Below, piece by piece: positions 16,070 to 48,769 of a stretch of 64,000 bases of DNA. The translations under genes and the position numbers were made by a program. Source of the stretch: the human T2T-CHM13v2.0 reference genome, Homo sapiens. The notes under the pieces are model-generated. The model had not been told where the DNA came from, made no database searches, and worked only from the letters and a program-made list of their open reading frames with translations. Within the stretch, counting starts at the first letter, position 1. The number at the start of each line of letters is the position of its first letter. The stretch lies in assembly GCF_009914755.1 (NCBI RefSeq), contig NC_060935.1; one strand, given 5' to 3'.

Positions 16070-17799
16070 CCCATGTGGCTTTTAATCTAAATCCTACCCT
16101 ATCTCTTCCCAGCTTTTCTGTTTGTAGTCAGTGCTTTGTATTTCCTCAGTTTACAAAATCCCTTACTGTCTCCCACAAATAGGATTGAGGAAACAGTCCT
16201 TCTGTCACATTGCAAAGCCCTAGAAAAATGAAGGGACTAGAAAAATGAAGCTGTTTGATCCTGCTCTGGTTCTCAGTCTACCAGTGAGTGAAGGGCCGGA
16301 GGGCCCGGGCAAGCTTGAGCCCAGGATCCAGTGGGCCCACTGAAGTCAGGGCCCACTTTTGGGGGGCTGGGAAAAGGAAGGGTTGCTGTGGGACCACTGG
16401 GATAGGCCTTTAAACAGCACTTCACCATTGGCCTGAATCAAACATTGTCATTCCCAGTGTCCCGAGCACCTTCCCTGAGTCTTCATACCTTCTGCCTCCT
16501 AGCTTATGGAGGAGGAGCCAGGGGCTTATCTTTTGGGGGAAATGAGAGCACGATTAGGCATCAAGAAGGGTTGATGAGAAACTGGTAAGGGGGACTGTCA
16601 AGAACAGCAGAGTGCTGAAATGGTGACAAAAGCTCTGGGCTCCGGCCCCAGCTCTGTACTGAGAAGCTGTGAGATTTTGGGCAAGTCTCATAACCTCTGA
16701 ATGCCAATTTCTCAATGGAAAACAGGGAGACTACCTACCCTATAGGTCTGTGTTTGGAGAAAACAAAGTGTAAGCGCTGGACATACAGTAGCATCAGAAA
16801 TGCTGAATCCGTTGGCCAGGGCTCATGTGTAAGGCAAACATTTCTTGGCCACTCCTGAGTAGCATGGTCTTGCAGGAATATATGCTTAAGTGCTGTGAGA
16901 GCACAGAGGAAGCTTTGCCCTTCCCTAGAGGGTTAATGGCTACCAACGTGAGAAGGTCACGGAGTTCCTTAATGAGAGGGAGCCTAGCCTAGAATAGGGG
17001 ATGAATGAGAAATTGTTCTGAGAACCAGAGGCAAGGCTGCAACCAGCACATAGACAGGGGTCGTTGGTCTAGAAGGGGAGTCTTCTCCAGATGAGAGACA
17101 GCCAGCTTGCCCTGTGCTCACCATGTGCCCAGATAGTGGGGGCTTAGCAGGAGGAAGGTGTGAGGAATCCCAGGCCTTTGGAATTCCTTGAGAAAGCAGT
17201 GTTGTTTTGAAGGTAAGGCAGGGGATTGGTGACTGGAAACTTGGAGGTGAGTGAGAACCTAGGGATGAACGTTCAGAAGCAGGGCTGGAAGGAACTTAAA
17301 AGGGACATTTGGATTGTTTCTAGCTTTTGGGCAAAATCTAGGATTAAATATGATTTTTTCATTGATAGAATGCTCTATCAGTGATAAAGGCTCTTAATCT
17401 AGAAAACATACACCTCATAGGGGGCTTTACAGAGTCCCCAAACTCCCTGAAATTATGCTCAAAATATTTTGTGTCTAAGTGGAATGTGCATGTTTCCAAG
17501 GTTAAGCACTGCTTTTTTAGGAAGTAGGAGGTCCGTCCGCCACTGTCAGCTTGCTGGTTTCTGCTTACCCTCCTCCCCACTTCGTTCTTGAGGGGGTGGT
17601 TTGCTGGTCTTTGGCAGGGCCGCCACTCTGGGTCAGCACATCTGAGTCACACATGTTCCTCCCCAGCCCTATTGGAGGCTTTGTTAAAGTCATCTGCCCC
17701 TACCCAGGTCCCACCTGCCACAGGTGAGCTAGGGTTTTATGACAGCCGTGGCTGCAGTGAGTCTCCTCGACCTCTCGCCAGCTGTTACCCAGCAAAGCA

Positions 17800-18309
17800 C
17801 CTTGGGGAGGGTGGGGCTGCCCACTTCCGGGGAGGGAGGGAGGGGGAGGGGAGAAGGAAGTTGATCTAAACCCGCCTCTTTCTCTGTCTCCCTTCCTGCC
17901 CTATTCCCCTCCTGCCCCTTCCCTCCCACCTTGCTTCTGGTGTGCTGTCCTGGAATTGCACGCGCTTCCTGACCACCAGGCTCTGGCCCTTGAGAAGCCA
18001 GCGGGGCTTTGTCCCTGTTGCTCTCCTTGCCAAACCCAGTCTCTCTGCTAGTGGTGGTTTCGGTTGCGACACCGTCCAGGTTCCCAGGCAGGAACCGCTC
18101 GGCCTGGCTGCTTAGCTACTTTTCACTGAGGAGGTGGTGGAAGGTGTCGCCTGCTCTGGCTGAGTAAGGGTGGCTGGCTGAGCCGGCAGCCCCCGCCCTA
18201 GGCCTGGCTCTTCCCGGCCTCTGTACTTTGCCCTCGCTGCCTGACAGGTTCTGCTGTGGGCTCTGCTGAATGGAAGTCGCTGGTAGTCCTTTTCCCTTTC
18301 TCCAGTCGG
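17800..18309 (+). promoter_or_regulatory. MARK2: Alternative MARK2 promoter and non-coding first exon (TSS ~17860, donor CGG|gtatgt at 18309/18310)
   Basis: Local CpG enrichment, ETS motif CACTTCCGG ~17822, purine-rich stretch and a good donor. MARK2 isoforms starting at MIRGRNS (ATG 24550) are known and need such an exon. TSS approximate. Confidence 0.65.
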
Positions 18310-21300
18310 GTATGTTGTCCCCCTTTTTACTCTAGGATTGCCTCCTCCTCTTTCTTTCCTCTCATCTCAAACATAGGATCTTTAGAGAGTTGCTAAGGGG
18401 CGCCCTGCCTGAGTCCAGCATAGTAATATTCATGGGAAGGGTGTCCAGATGTGGAAGAGGCATTGACTAGGAAAGGAAGAGGGGGCACATACCAGAAGGG
18501 TCTCCCCTGAGAACAAGCAGCTTGACAAGTGGGCGAGGAGGGGCTGGTGGGAGGCAGAGGCCTGAGGCCTCAGAGAGGATGCTCCCGTGCTACAGTGAGG
18601 GGGAGCCTAGGATCTGGGGCCATTGCCCAGGACTGGTGCCCAAGGGACACTTTTCTCCCCCAACTCTATAGTGCCTGGCTTACTCTGCTTCTGGCCAGGG
18701 AATATCACCCCTCCTGGTTTGGCTCCTTCTCAGCCCTCGGGAAGCCAAAGGACACTTGAAGCCAGCCCTGAATGCAGAGCCCCAAAGCATGAGCTTCTCC
18801 ATGGGACAACTGTTGGTAGGAGCCTCCAGCATTAGGGCAGGGGCCCTGCCTACCTGAGTCAGCGCCAGGCCTCTCGGGGTGGAGGCTGTCTTCCGGGCAA
18901 GCCTGACAACACACCTAGGCCGAGTCTGAGATCCCAGGCGGAAGGGGCCTGACAGGCCCAGTGGATGCAAAACTATCTTTTTATTTTCTCCTCCATGTCC
19001 TGCCTTCTCTCTTCCTCTCAGTAGCAGACCCCAAAGCTGTTTCAGCCCTACTTCTGAATCAGGCCTGCTTAGTAACTACTTGGTTTGCCTTTTGGTTCCA
19101 AATAACTGCCTTGCAGGGTGACCCCTTATTCTTTCTAAAGGCTACTTGAGAGCCATAGGGTCTACTCTTGACAGACCTCCTCCATCCTTTAGGGCCTGTC
19201 TAGAGTATGATATAGGCCAGAGCTTTGGGAGTGCCTGGTGTGCCACGTCTTACTATAAGCAGGGAGGATGGTGGTAGAGGGGAGAGCGTGGCTTTTGCCA
19301 GGTCCTATTGAGTTGGCCCAGCAGGGCAGCTAATCCTCAGCCTGCCATCCTGTTGGTGAGACCCAGGGCCAAGCTGAATGGTGCAGCCAGAACCAAAAAA
19401 GAGAAACTCTCTCTCCATATTAGCCACTGCATACTCTTACCTCTTTATCCTTCAGGGAAGAAGCTAGGTGAGGAAGTTGCCTCACTTGGGGCCTTGGCCC
19501 AAGAAGCATTTCTGTTGGAGACTCTCTCCTCTCTTTTCCCTTTTTCTTTTCTCTGCTTCCTTCCAGTGGCTTGCCTCCTTACCCTGGCTCACATCCCTGC
19601 TGTGGGAAACATCTTACAGCATAGAAGAAGGGGTGCAGGGGTAAGTAAGGGAAGGATTGAGCACTTGGAGTCCTCTGAGTTGGATGGTTCAGTCCCGAAA
19701 AGGGGGTTGGTGACTTTGGAGCAGGGGATCAAAGAGCAAGCACCAGTGCTTGTTGCTTCTCTGGCTCCTGAACAAGCAGAACCTCCTCTCTTTCCCTGTC
19801 CTGGATACCCAGCGTGGGACCAGCCCTTCACAGCCACCCTGTCTTGAGTTCCTGACTCTCCTCCTTCCCTCTTTTGAAGGCTAGAGGTGCTGGTGTCGGC
19901 TAGCAACAGGTTGAGGGAGTGTGGCATTTCACCAGGTCTGGAGGAGAGCGGGCACTCAACCTGGCCCCTTCTGCGGAAAGGCCCGTAGCATCTCTTGTCA
20001 GCCTTCAGCTGAGCTGTAGCTGGCTTAGCGGGCTCAACTTCGATTTGGAAGGTTGTTTTGACAGTGAGACTTCTGGATTGGCAGACAGTAGTATTTGGGG
20101 ACATAATGATTGCTCTTATTGAACATCGGATAAGGCATTTTACATGTGCTCTTTCATCTACCTGTGTAAAGTAGGGAATGTTTATTGCCACTTTACAGAT
20201 AAGGAAATTAAAGCTTGTACGTGGGGGAGCCAGGGCTTGAACCTGATTCTGTTGGACTGCAGAGTTCCTCGGGATCCTCCCTGGCACAGATGTCTGGCAG
20301 TATTGGCCACTGGTCGTTTTTTGGGTAGTTCTCTTCCCCATTTGTAATAGTCTCACCTCCTTCTTGACAATGTTGATGTTACACTTGTTTTATTTTGGGG
20401 CTTTTTGTGTTTGTTTGTGTGTGTGTGTGTGTTTTCCTTTTTGTGAATGGGGGTCTCACTGTATTGCCTTTTTAAATATATTCTTTTTTTTTTTTCCTTT
20501 TTGTGAACAGCAGGTCTTGAACTCTTGGGCTCAAGCTATCCTCCTGCCTCTGCCTCCCTAAGTGCTGCCTGTAAAGGCATGAGCCACTGTGCCTGGCTTG
20601 ATGATGTTGATGATAATAATAAAGTTAATATGTGCTGAGTAGGTGACAGATTTAGGATTTGAAACCTGGCAGCTTATCTCCGACATCTACAGTCTTAACC
20701 AGAAAGGAAGAGAATGAATGGTACAATCTTGCTTGTGGTTGTTAAGCTCCTTGAGGCCCACTTGTGCAGCAGGGCCAGGCAGGGAATGCTGACCTGCTGT
20801 GCCACACAGACCAGCCCCTCGGTTCACCAAGAGGGATGGGCAGAGCAGAGCTCAGGATGGGCATGGGATGCCCAGATTTGGTCTCAGTTGGCAAAAGGCC
20901 CAAGTCTGCAGGTAGATGCTAAATCCCTGGTCTGGATTTTGAGAACTTAGAGACCGTCACACTTCCTGCTGCCTTGGGCTTATATCCTCGGAGAAACAGG
21001 GAGTGACAACAAACTTAGAAGGTGAACTAGAGGTTGCCAAGGAAACTTTCCCACCCATCTTCCTCTCGTAGGAGTTGGGGCAGAAGGAAGGTTTTTTCCT
21101 GTTCATTGCCCGTTAGGCAGATGGGTAGGGTTGGAGGCAGTCTAGCAGCACTGAAAGGGAGGATGGGGCTGAGAAAAAGGTAGCCTGAGGAGACCAGGCT
21201 TTCAGTACCCTGCTGGACAGGGCTAGGGTACCCTTCAGGAGGCTGGCCCAATCAGGTGCCAGCAGGGCCTAGAAATGCCCTTCTCTCCAAGGGGTGTGAA

Positions 21301-22027
21301 CCCTAGAGTTCCTTTGGAAGGGAAAAAAGCAGGTATTTAAAAATCCACTTGTCTTGCAGACACTGTTTGAGGACCAACCAGGCTTAGGTGAGCTACAGGG
21401 TGCGTGGAGAACAGAGCACCAGAGAGCTCTGTGGGCTGGAATGAGCAGACAATAAGAGCTGGGGGGCTTCATGGAGATGCAAAGGTTGATGAGGAAGAGA
21501 GAAGGAAGTTAAAAGGGCCTCTTCTGGGATGTGAGGAGCCTCCCCCTTCAAACATCTACCAAATGCATGGGATCTTCCTCCTCCAAGGTCCAACCCCATG
21601 TGTTTCTGGGATCTGGTCAAACAGCTCACCAAAAGACAGCCTGCAGCTACCATGCAAAGGCCCTACGTGGGCACAGTGAAGAAGGGGAAATGTCAGAATC
21701 AGGATACTGTACTTAACTTGCTGCTGTCGTTTCTGCCTGAAAAGCATCTGGTTGAGCTAGCAAGCTTCTTGTCTAGGAATGCTGGACAGTTCCTTGGGTA
21801 GTAGCAAGTCATTCTTTTTTTCTCTGTGGTTTTTGAGTGCTTCACGTACAGCCAGCAGGGGCCATGAAAGGAAGAACTTTCACTCACACTCCTCTGGTCA
21901 CCCTGCTGCCCTCCAGACTGTTTCCTTGAAGTTTCCAAGGCAGCTCTGGATGGTTCTGGGATGAGGCTCTGGCCTCATATGCTTTGTTGCAGTATGCTGG
22001 AGCGATCGCTCCAGATGTTCTTTGTGA

Positions 22028-22663
<636 letters not shown>

Positions 22664-22679
22664 TAGACTCTGAACAGTT

Positions 22680-22975
22680 TTAGTGAGATACCATAAGTTT
22701 ATCCAAGTTTCTTCTGTGTTGTAGCATATATTCTTTTTTACTGCCAACCAATATTCCCCGGTAAGGATATGCTACGTTTGTCTATCCGTTCATCCAGCTG
22801 ATGGGCATTTGAATTGTTTCCACTTTTTGACTATTATGGATTATGGTGCTGTGAACCTTGGTTACAGGTTTTTTGTGGATTTCTGTTTTCATTTCTCTTT
22901 TGTATATACTGAGGAGCGGAATTGCTGGCTCATATAGTCTGTGTTTAGCACTTTGAGGAATGTACACGTCTTCAC
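22680..22975 (-). mobile_element. Old L1 (L1M) ORF2 3' fragment
   Basis: ORF-track peptide YEPAIPLLSIYKREMKT...STIIHNSQKVET resembles the L1 ORF2 C-terminus. Confidence 0.7.
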
Positions 22976-23015
22976 ATAGATGTATGTTTTTTGTCTAGAC
23001 CATACCCTTTTTGTA

Positions 23016-23354
23016 CAGGTTGAACATCCGTAATCCAAAAGCCAAAATGCTCCAAAATCTAAACTTTTTGAGTGCCAGCATGATGCCACAAGTGGAAAAT
23101 TCTACACGTAACCCCATATGACAGGTTATAAGCAAAATTCAATCACTTTATTTCATGCACAAAATTATTTTAAAATGTCATGAAATTACCTTCAGGCCAT
23201 GTATATAATGTACACATGAAAAATAAATGTTTAGACTTGGGTCCCATCCCTGAGATATCTGATTATGTATATGCAAATATTCCAAAATCCAAAACAATTT
23301 AAAATCTGCCACGTTTCTGGTCCTAAGCATTTTGGATAAAGGATATTCAACCCG
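23016..23354. mobile_element. Tigger4/Zombi-type (TcMar-Tigger) DNA transposon MITE
   Basis: TA|CAGGTTGAACATCC ... GGATATTCAACCCG|TA: terminal inverted repeats with TA target duplication. Confidence 0.8.
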
Positions 23355-23640
23355 TATTATGTTTATATGCCTCTTCAGTGCTGGTAGTTGTAGCTTCTGC
23401 TTCCTCATCCCCTCATTTGAGCCGGGTGGCAGAGCAGGGCAGACTGCTGCCTTGCTCAGACCTAATCGTTCAGTTCTTTCATTGTACAAGTATTCATTGA
23501 GCAGCAAACATAAGCCAGTCTCTCTAAGTGCTGGGATGTATCAGTGAATAAAGAATATATGCCTGCTTTCATGTGCTTCCATTTTTACTGGGGGAGATGG
23601 CAAATAAATGTAAAGTGATAAATAACAAAGGTTCAGTGGG

Positions 23641-23709
23641 GCATTCGTAGTTCAGCGGCAGAAATTTCGTCTCCTACGCGGGAGACTCGGGTTCGACTTC
23701 GGCCATGCA
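23641..23709 (+). pseudogene. tRNA-Gly(CCC)-derived tRNA-like element, anticodon now CCT
   Basis: GCATTCGTAGTTCAGCGGCAGAAATTTCGTCTCCTACGCGGGAGACTCGGGTTCGACTTCGGCCATGCA aligns to the human tRNA-Gly GCATTGG...CCAATGCA family; stem mismatches. Confidence 0.85.
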
Positions 23710-23759
23710 GTCCTTCCATGCAGGAAGGGCTACTACGTTTCTACCCAACAAAGTTATTA

Positions 23760-24306
<547 letters not shown>

Positions 24307-24504
24307 TTATGATGTGCTTCTCTGGAGTGAAGACTGGCTGTCACCTCAGCCCCCTCTCCTTTCTTCTGCTGCCATATCATTCTTCACATGCCTACCAGCC
24401 CCCTGGAATCTGCCCCTGCACCCTCATCCCTTATATATTTTGCAGAGAGCGTTTAGAGGACTGGAAGTGTGGCATGTAATGGTATCTCTGTTTCCACCCC
24501 GCAG

Positions 24505-38590
<14,086 letters not shown>

Positions 38591-40372
38591 CAGGCTGCCA
38601 GGAGCGGGGGCGGCGGGGGCGGGCCAGCTGGACGGGCTGCCGGCCGCTGCGCCGCCCCACCTGGGCGAGACTGCAGCGATGGATTGGTGTGTCTCCCCTG
38701 CTGGCACTTCTCCCCTCCCTGGCCCTTCTCAGTTTTCTCTTACATGTTTGTGGGGGGTGGGAGATTGTTCTCCAGCCCCCCACATTCACCCCTGCCCAGA
38801 GATTCCCCCTTCTCCTCTCCCCTACTGGAGGCAAAGGAAGGGGAGGGTGGATGGGGGGGCAGGGCTCCCCCTCGGTACTGCGGTTGCACAGAGTATTTCG
38901 CCTAAACCAAGAAATTTTTTATTACCAAAAAGAAAAAAGAAAAAAAAAATCCCAGCGGCCACCTTTCCTCCCTGCCCCATTGGGACAGTCGAGACTGGAT
39001 CTGTGGGGTTTCCCGGGAGGGTGGCTCAGGGCTGGAACACTCTCAGGCAAGAGTGGTGGAGCTCCCGTCAGGCCCTCCGCCAGGCCCACTGTGGGCTTCT
39101 CCCCTCTCCTCCCTCCTTCCCCTCCAAGCAAACCACCAGAGGTGGCCTTCCCCTGACCTCAGGCCCCTGGGCTGGAGGCCTGGGCGGTGGGGCAGGGGGC
39201 GGGGGTGCTGCGCAGCCCTGCAGTGGGTGGGGCTGGGGGCTGCTCCGGGGCTGCTGAGGCTGGAGGGCCGGCACAAGGCTCCGCCTCCCTCCACACTGTA
39301 CCCTCTGCCCCTCCTCCCCAGAGCTGGGCATTTCCTTCCACAAGCTGCTGTGGGGACGTGTGTTCCCTCAAAGTCTGTGCCATCTTCTCCCACCCCTCCC
39401 GGGTAGAAGGAGGGGCTGACCCCAGGGCTGGGAGAGGGGAGGGGACTGGAGGGCAGACTGGCTTCTCGGTCCCCAGGGGGCCGCTTGGGCTGTTGGTCTC
39501 CAGAGCAGGGCCACTGGGCACTCTGTGATGGGGGAGCCTTTGTCTGAAAGCACAGCCCCCTCGCCCTTCCTCTCCCCATGGCTTCCCCTTCATTGGCATT
39601 AATCTGGGCACCAGCTCTCTCCATAGCAGTGACTTCCCTCACCACTCTCATCTCTCAGCCTTGCCTTTTCTTCCTGACACTGTCGCCCCCTCCTCTCAGG
39701 AGACACTGCCGAGGGCCACCTGGCAGAAGGCTGAGTTAGGCAGCAGGGCCGGGAGCGTCTGCCCTCCACAGGGTGGGGGACAGATAGGCTAAGCGACTCC
39801 CAGCTTGCTACCCTCAGTGGCCAGTGTGGGCGTGGGCGGTTTGGGGCGCTTGGCTGGTGGTGGCCACTGCATCCCTTAATTTATTTCTCTGCTGTTTCTG
39901 TTCTTGAGAAATTGGGGGTGGGAGTCCTACACAGAGGCTGCCCCTACCCTCACCTGAGTTGTACATTTTTTTGTGATGGGTTTTATTTTTTATTATTTTA
40001 TTTTATTTTTTTTTTTTTTTGATTTATGATGACTCCACCCCTCTTCATCACCCCCGCTCCCAGGCCAGGCTCAGCGATTAAGCCGAGCCCTTGCGTCCTA
40101 GGAAGGGGCCTTGCCAACCTCAGCCCTCCTGCCCCACACTCCTACTGCGGCTCAGACCAAGGGCTCCCCCTCCCTCCCTTCCCCCCTCCTGCCCTATGGA
40201 ACAGCCCGGGTGCTCTGAGGGGGCTGGGAGGGCATGGCTTGGCTCCCAAAGGGGGTAGGGGCCCGGGGCACCCAGGCAAGGTGGCCCCTCCCCGTCTAGC
40301 CCCCTCCTCCCCAACCCTGCACTTAGTTTCTCCTCTGGATCAAACACGTAATAAAGAGAATGTTTGGAATCT
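38591..40372 (+). other. MARK2: MARK2 3' UTR (~1.8 kb)
   Basis: From stop to AATAAA 40350-40355; GC-rich, with an A-rich tract ~38927-38949 and a U-rich tract ~39965-40025; exact end estimated. Confidence 0.8.
40350..40355 (+). terminator. MARK2 polyadenylation signal AATAAA
   Basis: gtAATAAAgagaatgtttgg, first canonical hexamer seen after the stop. Confidence 0.8.
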
Positions 40373-40589
40373 GAGCTGCCTCCTCCTGTCTCTTCTCCCA
40401 GCCAGGCAGGGACCCAGTCTCCTGTGGGCAAGATGTGGCCTAGCCCACCTGCCTTGCAGGAGAGACTTGATTCCTGTCTGGGGCCAGTGCTGGGTGGGCC
40501 CAGCTCCCCACTTACCCACAGGGCACAGACAGGAAGCAAAGCCCAGGGCCCTTGCACCAAAAGGGAAAGAAAACTCAGTAAGCTTAGAT

Positions 40590-40595
40590 TTTATT
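40590..40595 (-). terminator. RCOR2 polyadenylation signal AATAAA (tttatt on +)
   Basis: Canonical hexamer on - strand ~625 nt past the RCOR2 stop. Confidence 0.75.
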
Positions 40596-41218
40596 TTTTT
40601 TAATTTTTAAAAAATGTTGAAAAATAAATCCATGTCTGCATAAGTTCCCAACCCCCATTTCTCCAAGTTTCTGGAAGGTGGGCTTGGTGGGCACCCTCAG
40701 CTCCTTAGCATTTCCCAGCTGGCCCCTGAAGACAGAGCTTCTCTTCCAGCCTCTGCTGCTGTAAGGCCCCTCTGCCCACCTCCCCCCCTGCAGCCTCCCT
40801 CCCCACCTCACCCCAGACTTATTGCTAAAAGAAGGGAAAGAGGAATGAGAACAGCCAGCACACCCAACTGCCCTCTCCCCACTCCACGCTAAGGTCACTA
40901 CCCCGGACACACAAAGGGCAGGACCCAGAGGCCAAGCCCCAGCAGACTAGGACACAGCCATTCCAGTACCGGCCAGGAAGCGAAAGTGCCCTCAGGCCAG
41001 CTCAAAGGCCCCTGAGCCCGGCCATGGCCCCAGGAGACAGGCCCAGCTGCCAGGAACACATGCAGAACCCAAAGGGCGGGGCTGGGCTGTCCGAAACTCT
41101 GGTCTTACAAAGACCCCGCCAGAGCCCTAGTCCCTTCTGTCCTCAGTGACACCAGAGATGCCTGGGGATGGCCAGCAAAGGGGTCCTGGAGCCCGTGGTT
41201 GGTGGAGGACGTCAGGGC

Positions 41219-45809
<4,591 letters not shown>

Positions 45810-48769
45810 TACCCCGCCCAGCTGCCCCGGGGGGCGCAGGAGCCTTCGGAGAGCGACAGTGGTTGCCGCACTCGCTCCGAGTGCCGAGCCCGGCCCGGCC
45901 TGGAGAGGTCGCCACTGAGGTTAGGAGAGGCAGGAGGTCAGCGTGGCTAGGGTCCGGCGGGGTGGGAGCCCACCTGGTAGCCCCAGCGCTCTCCACGACC
46001 CCCACGAGCCAGGGCGTCAGAAAAGTTTGTGCAGAAGTGGGGGACGCAAGGGATGAGCGCAAGGTCCGGTGCGGCTGGGGCGTGATTACTATGTACGCCC
46101 CTCAGGGTTGGGGTTCCCCTGAAGTCGGGGCCCCCTGTCCTCGGGGCGCCCTGGAACCCCACCGCCCACCTGCCCACGCCGTTCAGCGGCTGGGCGCTGG
46201 AGCGCAATCTGCGCCCCCCGGGCTCTGCGCCTCTCAGCTGCGCCGGGGATGCCCCAGTCCCCGGGCGGGGACCCGTGTCCTAAGCAGACCCCTGCCCGCG
46301 ACGGCAGCCGGCCGGGGCACCGGCGGCGGCGGCGGCGGCGACGGCGGCGGGACGGCGCGCACGGCGCGCGGCGCTGGGCAGAGTTGCCGGGAGGCGGGCG
46401 GAGCGCAGCCGCGGGTGCCGCCTCGCACCCTCCCCGGCGCGCTCGCTCTCCCCGCCGCGCTCGGGATGCCGCTTGCTCGCCCGCTCTCCGCCGCCGCTCG
46501 CTCCTCGCGCACACAATGAAGCTGCTGGCAGGGAAGTAGTGCCGGCTGCGGCCTCAGCACCCCTCCCCCAGCCGATGCCTCCGCCAGCTGAACATCTGGC
46601 CCTGGGGTGGGAGGGAGGGCCCGGGGGGCGGGGCCAGGGGGCCGGGGCCAGACCTCCAGGGGGTGGGATCAGGACCCTGGTGGGGCGCGCGTCCCGCTGC
46701 GGGGGCTCCCCTCGCGTCCCTGGGCTCCCAGACTTGCCCCTGGGGGAGACCCCACTGCCCCCCAGGAGTAGCCAGGGGTCAGCCCCACCCACGCGCACAC
46801 CAACACCACACACCAGTGGGCTCGGGTTACTGCCGCCTGCCCCGGGGGCCCTGGGGCCGCCTGCCCGCCCGCCCGGGTGGAGCCCAGCTTTTCCTTCCAT
46901 TTCCCTTCCTGCCAAGGAACTCCCCGCCCCCCCTTCCGCAGGGGGGACCCCCCTTATGCGCCCTTGGGGGCCAGAACGGATGGGAGGCTGGACAGGCAAG
47001 GAATGAATTCCTCCAAGAGCTACCCAGCCAGAGGCTGGCTTCTGGTGGATCTGTGGGTCCCCAAGGGTCGCCCCAATTCCCTTTAACTGCTGCAGTATGC
47101 ACCCCTAAACAGTGGTAGCAAGGGCTGAGGGATGGGGAGTGGGAGGTGTAGGGGAAGGTCTGGGCTGCAGGGGAGAGAGGAGCTGGGTCTCCTCCCCACT
47201 GGGTTCACTGTCACCCCAGCTGGAAGCAGCATCCCCCTCCCCCCGGACAAGCACGGGCAGAGTGACAGACAGGGAAGCGGGTAGAGCGGCACAGACGGAG
47301 ATGGGGGAGGGGGTGGGCAGAGACTTTCAAAGCCAGACCCAGCCACCCTGCCAGGCACACAAAGAGCCAGCGCACACACCGGCGGCGGCTCCGAGCCTGC
47401 GAGCTGCGCCCGTGCCCGTCCCCGCCGCCCGGGGCACGTGCTGCAGCGCACACAAGCTGAAGCCCCCGCCCGCCGCCCCTCCCACCCGGAGCCCCAGTCT
47501 CCTGGACACACCTCCACCCAGGCACACCCCGCTGTGCCCAGACTGAGCCGAGCCCGCACTCGCGCCCTCCTCTCCCTTCCCTTCCTGGTCCACTCTGTAA
47601 TCAGATTCCTAAATTTAGAAGCAGCCTAGGGCCCAGCCAGGGATCCCTGCCCCCACCCGCTGCCTGCGGCCGAGTGGCCGGGGTGTTGCGGTCGGGCCAC
47701 GACCCGGCTGGGGCCGCTTGTTCCCGGGGACTCCTGCGGACAGCCAGGGAAAGCCAGGCTCGACCCCACCCGGCTGCTGCGCCGTCGAGCCACATGGGGC
47801 CACCCAGCCAGCGGCCACGTTGCCCGCCACACCTCGGGCCAGGGCTACGGGGCCTTTATCCTCCTCTTAAATCATGGATTGGGCACCAAGCCCCAGGGTG
47901 GGGAGGTCTGGACAAAGGAGAATGAATGGACCAGGGGCTGGTCTGAGCTAAGGAGGTCTGATTCAAGACTGAGAGTCTTCCCAGGCCGACCCCTCCTAAG
48001 TGGCAGGGCGCCATCCCTGTCCCCAGCACCTCCACCCTTTGGAGAGACTCTCATTTCTGTCCCCTCCTGCCTGGCAGGCAACCATTGCTGCACACCAGCC
48101 TCTCCTACGGTGCTGTCTTCCATCTTGCCCCCGCCCCCTATTAGGCAGGGCCTCAGTTGAGTCCCCCATCCCCCTTGCCTCCTTCCCAGACTCAAACCTG
48201 CACCCCCAGGCTCAGCATCCTGCTTATTTCTTGCCTCCCTACTCCAGGGCTGCCCCAGGTACCCCCAGTCTCTCTAGCAGGGATCCCCAGCCACTGGATT
48301 CCCTCCGGCCCAGCATCCCTCTTCCCCGCCTCCTAAGAACCTCATTCTCTTCATTTCTATCTAGAGCCAGGCACTCTGGGCCAAAGGAAGACTCTGCTCT
48401 GGAGGTGGGGACAGGGAGGGGAGGTTTATTCCTTGGGGCGGGGGTTGGGAGAGTCCCTAGGCCCTGATGCAATGAGGCTTCTGCCTAGGAGGTGGGCCAC
48501 GACACAGGAAGTGTGTCCTAGGAGTTTGGGGGCGACTGTGGGGGCCACGGGGTCCAGAGGGAAGGCGCATTCCTAGTGAAGAACCCCCTCATGGAGGGGC
48601 AAGGGTGCAGGGTTAGAAGGGGGAGGGGCAAGGCCCCACCCCTCCCACCTGCTACAGCCGCCCCCTCCCCAGCTGGCCCCCTCTTTTGTGCGAAGCCACA
48701 CAAAGGACAAGGGGCCCCGGCCGGCCTGGCCATCTGCTCCCAGCAGCCTGAAGGCTCTTAAAGAGACAG

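Noticed and set aside
19589-20356. 255-aa - strand ORF in intron 1
   Set aside because: Partly MIR-derived, no domain similarity, no supporting splice or promoter structure.
38927-38949. Possible proximal MARK2 polyA site
   Set aside because: Genomic A-rich tract with no upstream AATAAA; more likely a source of oligo-dT internal priming.
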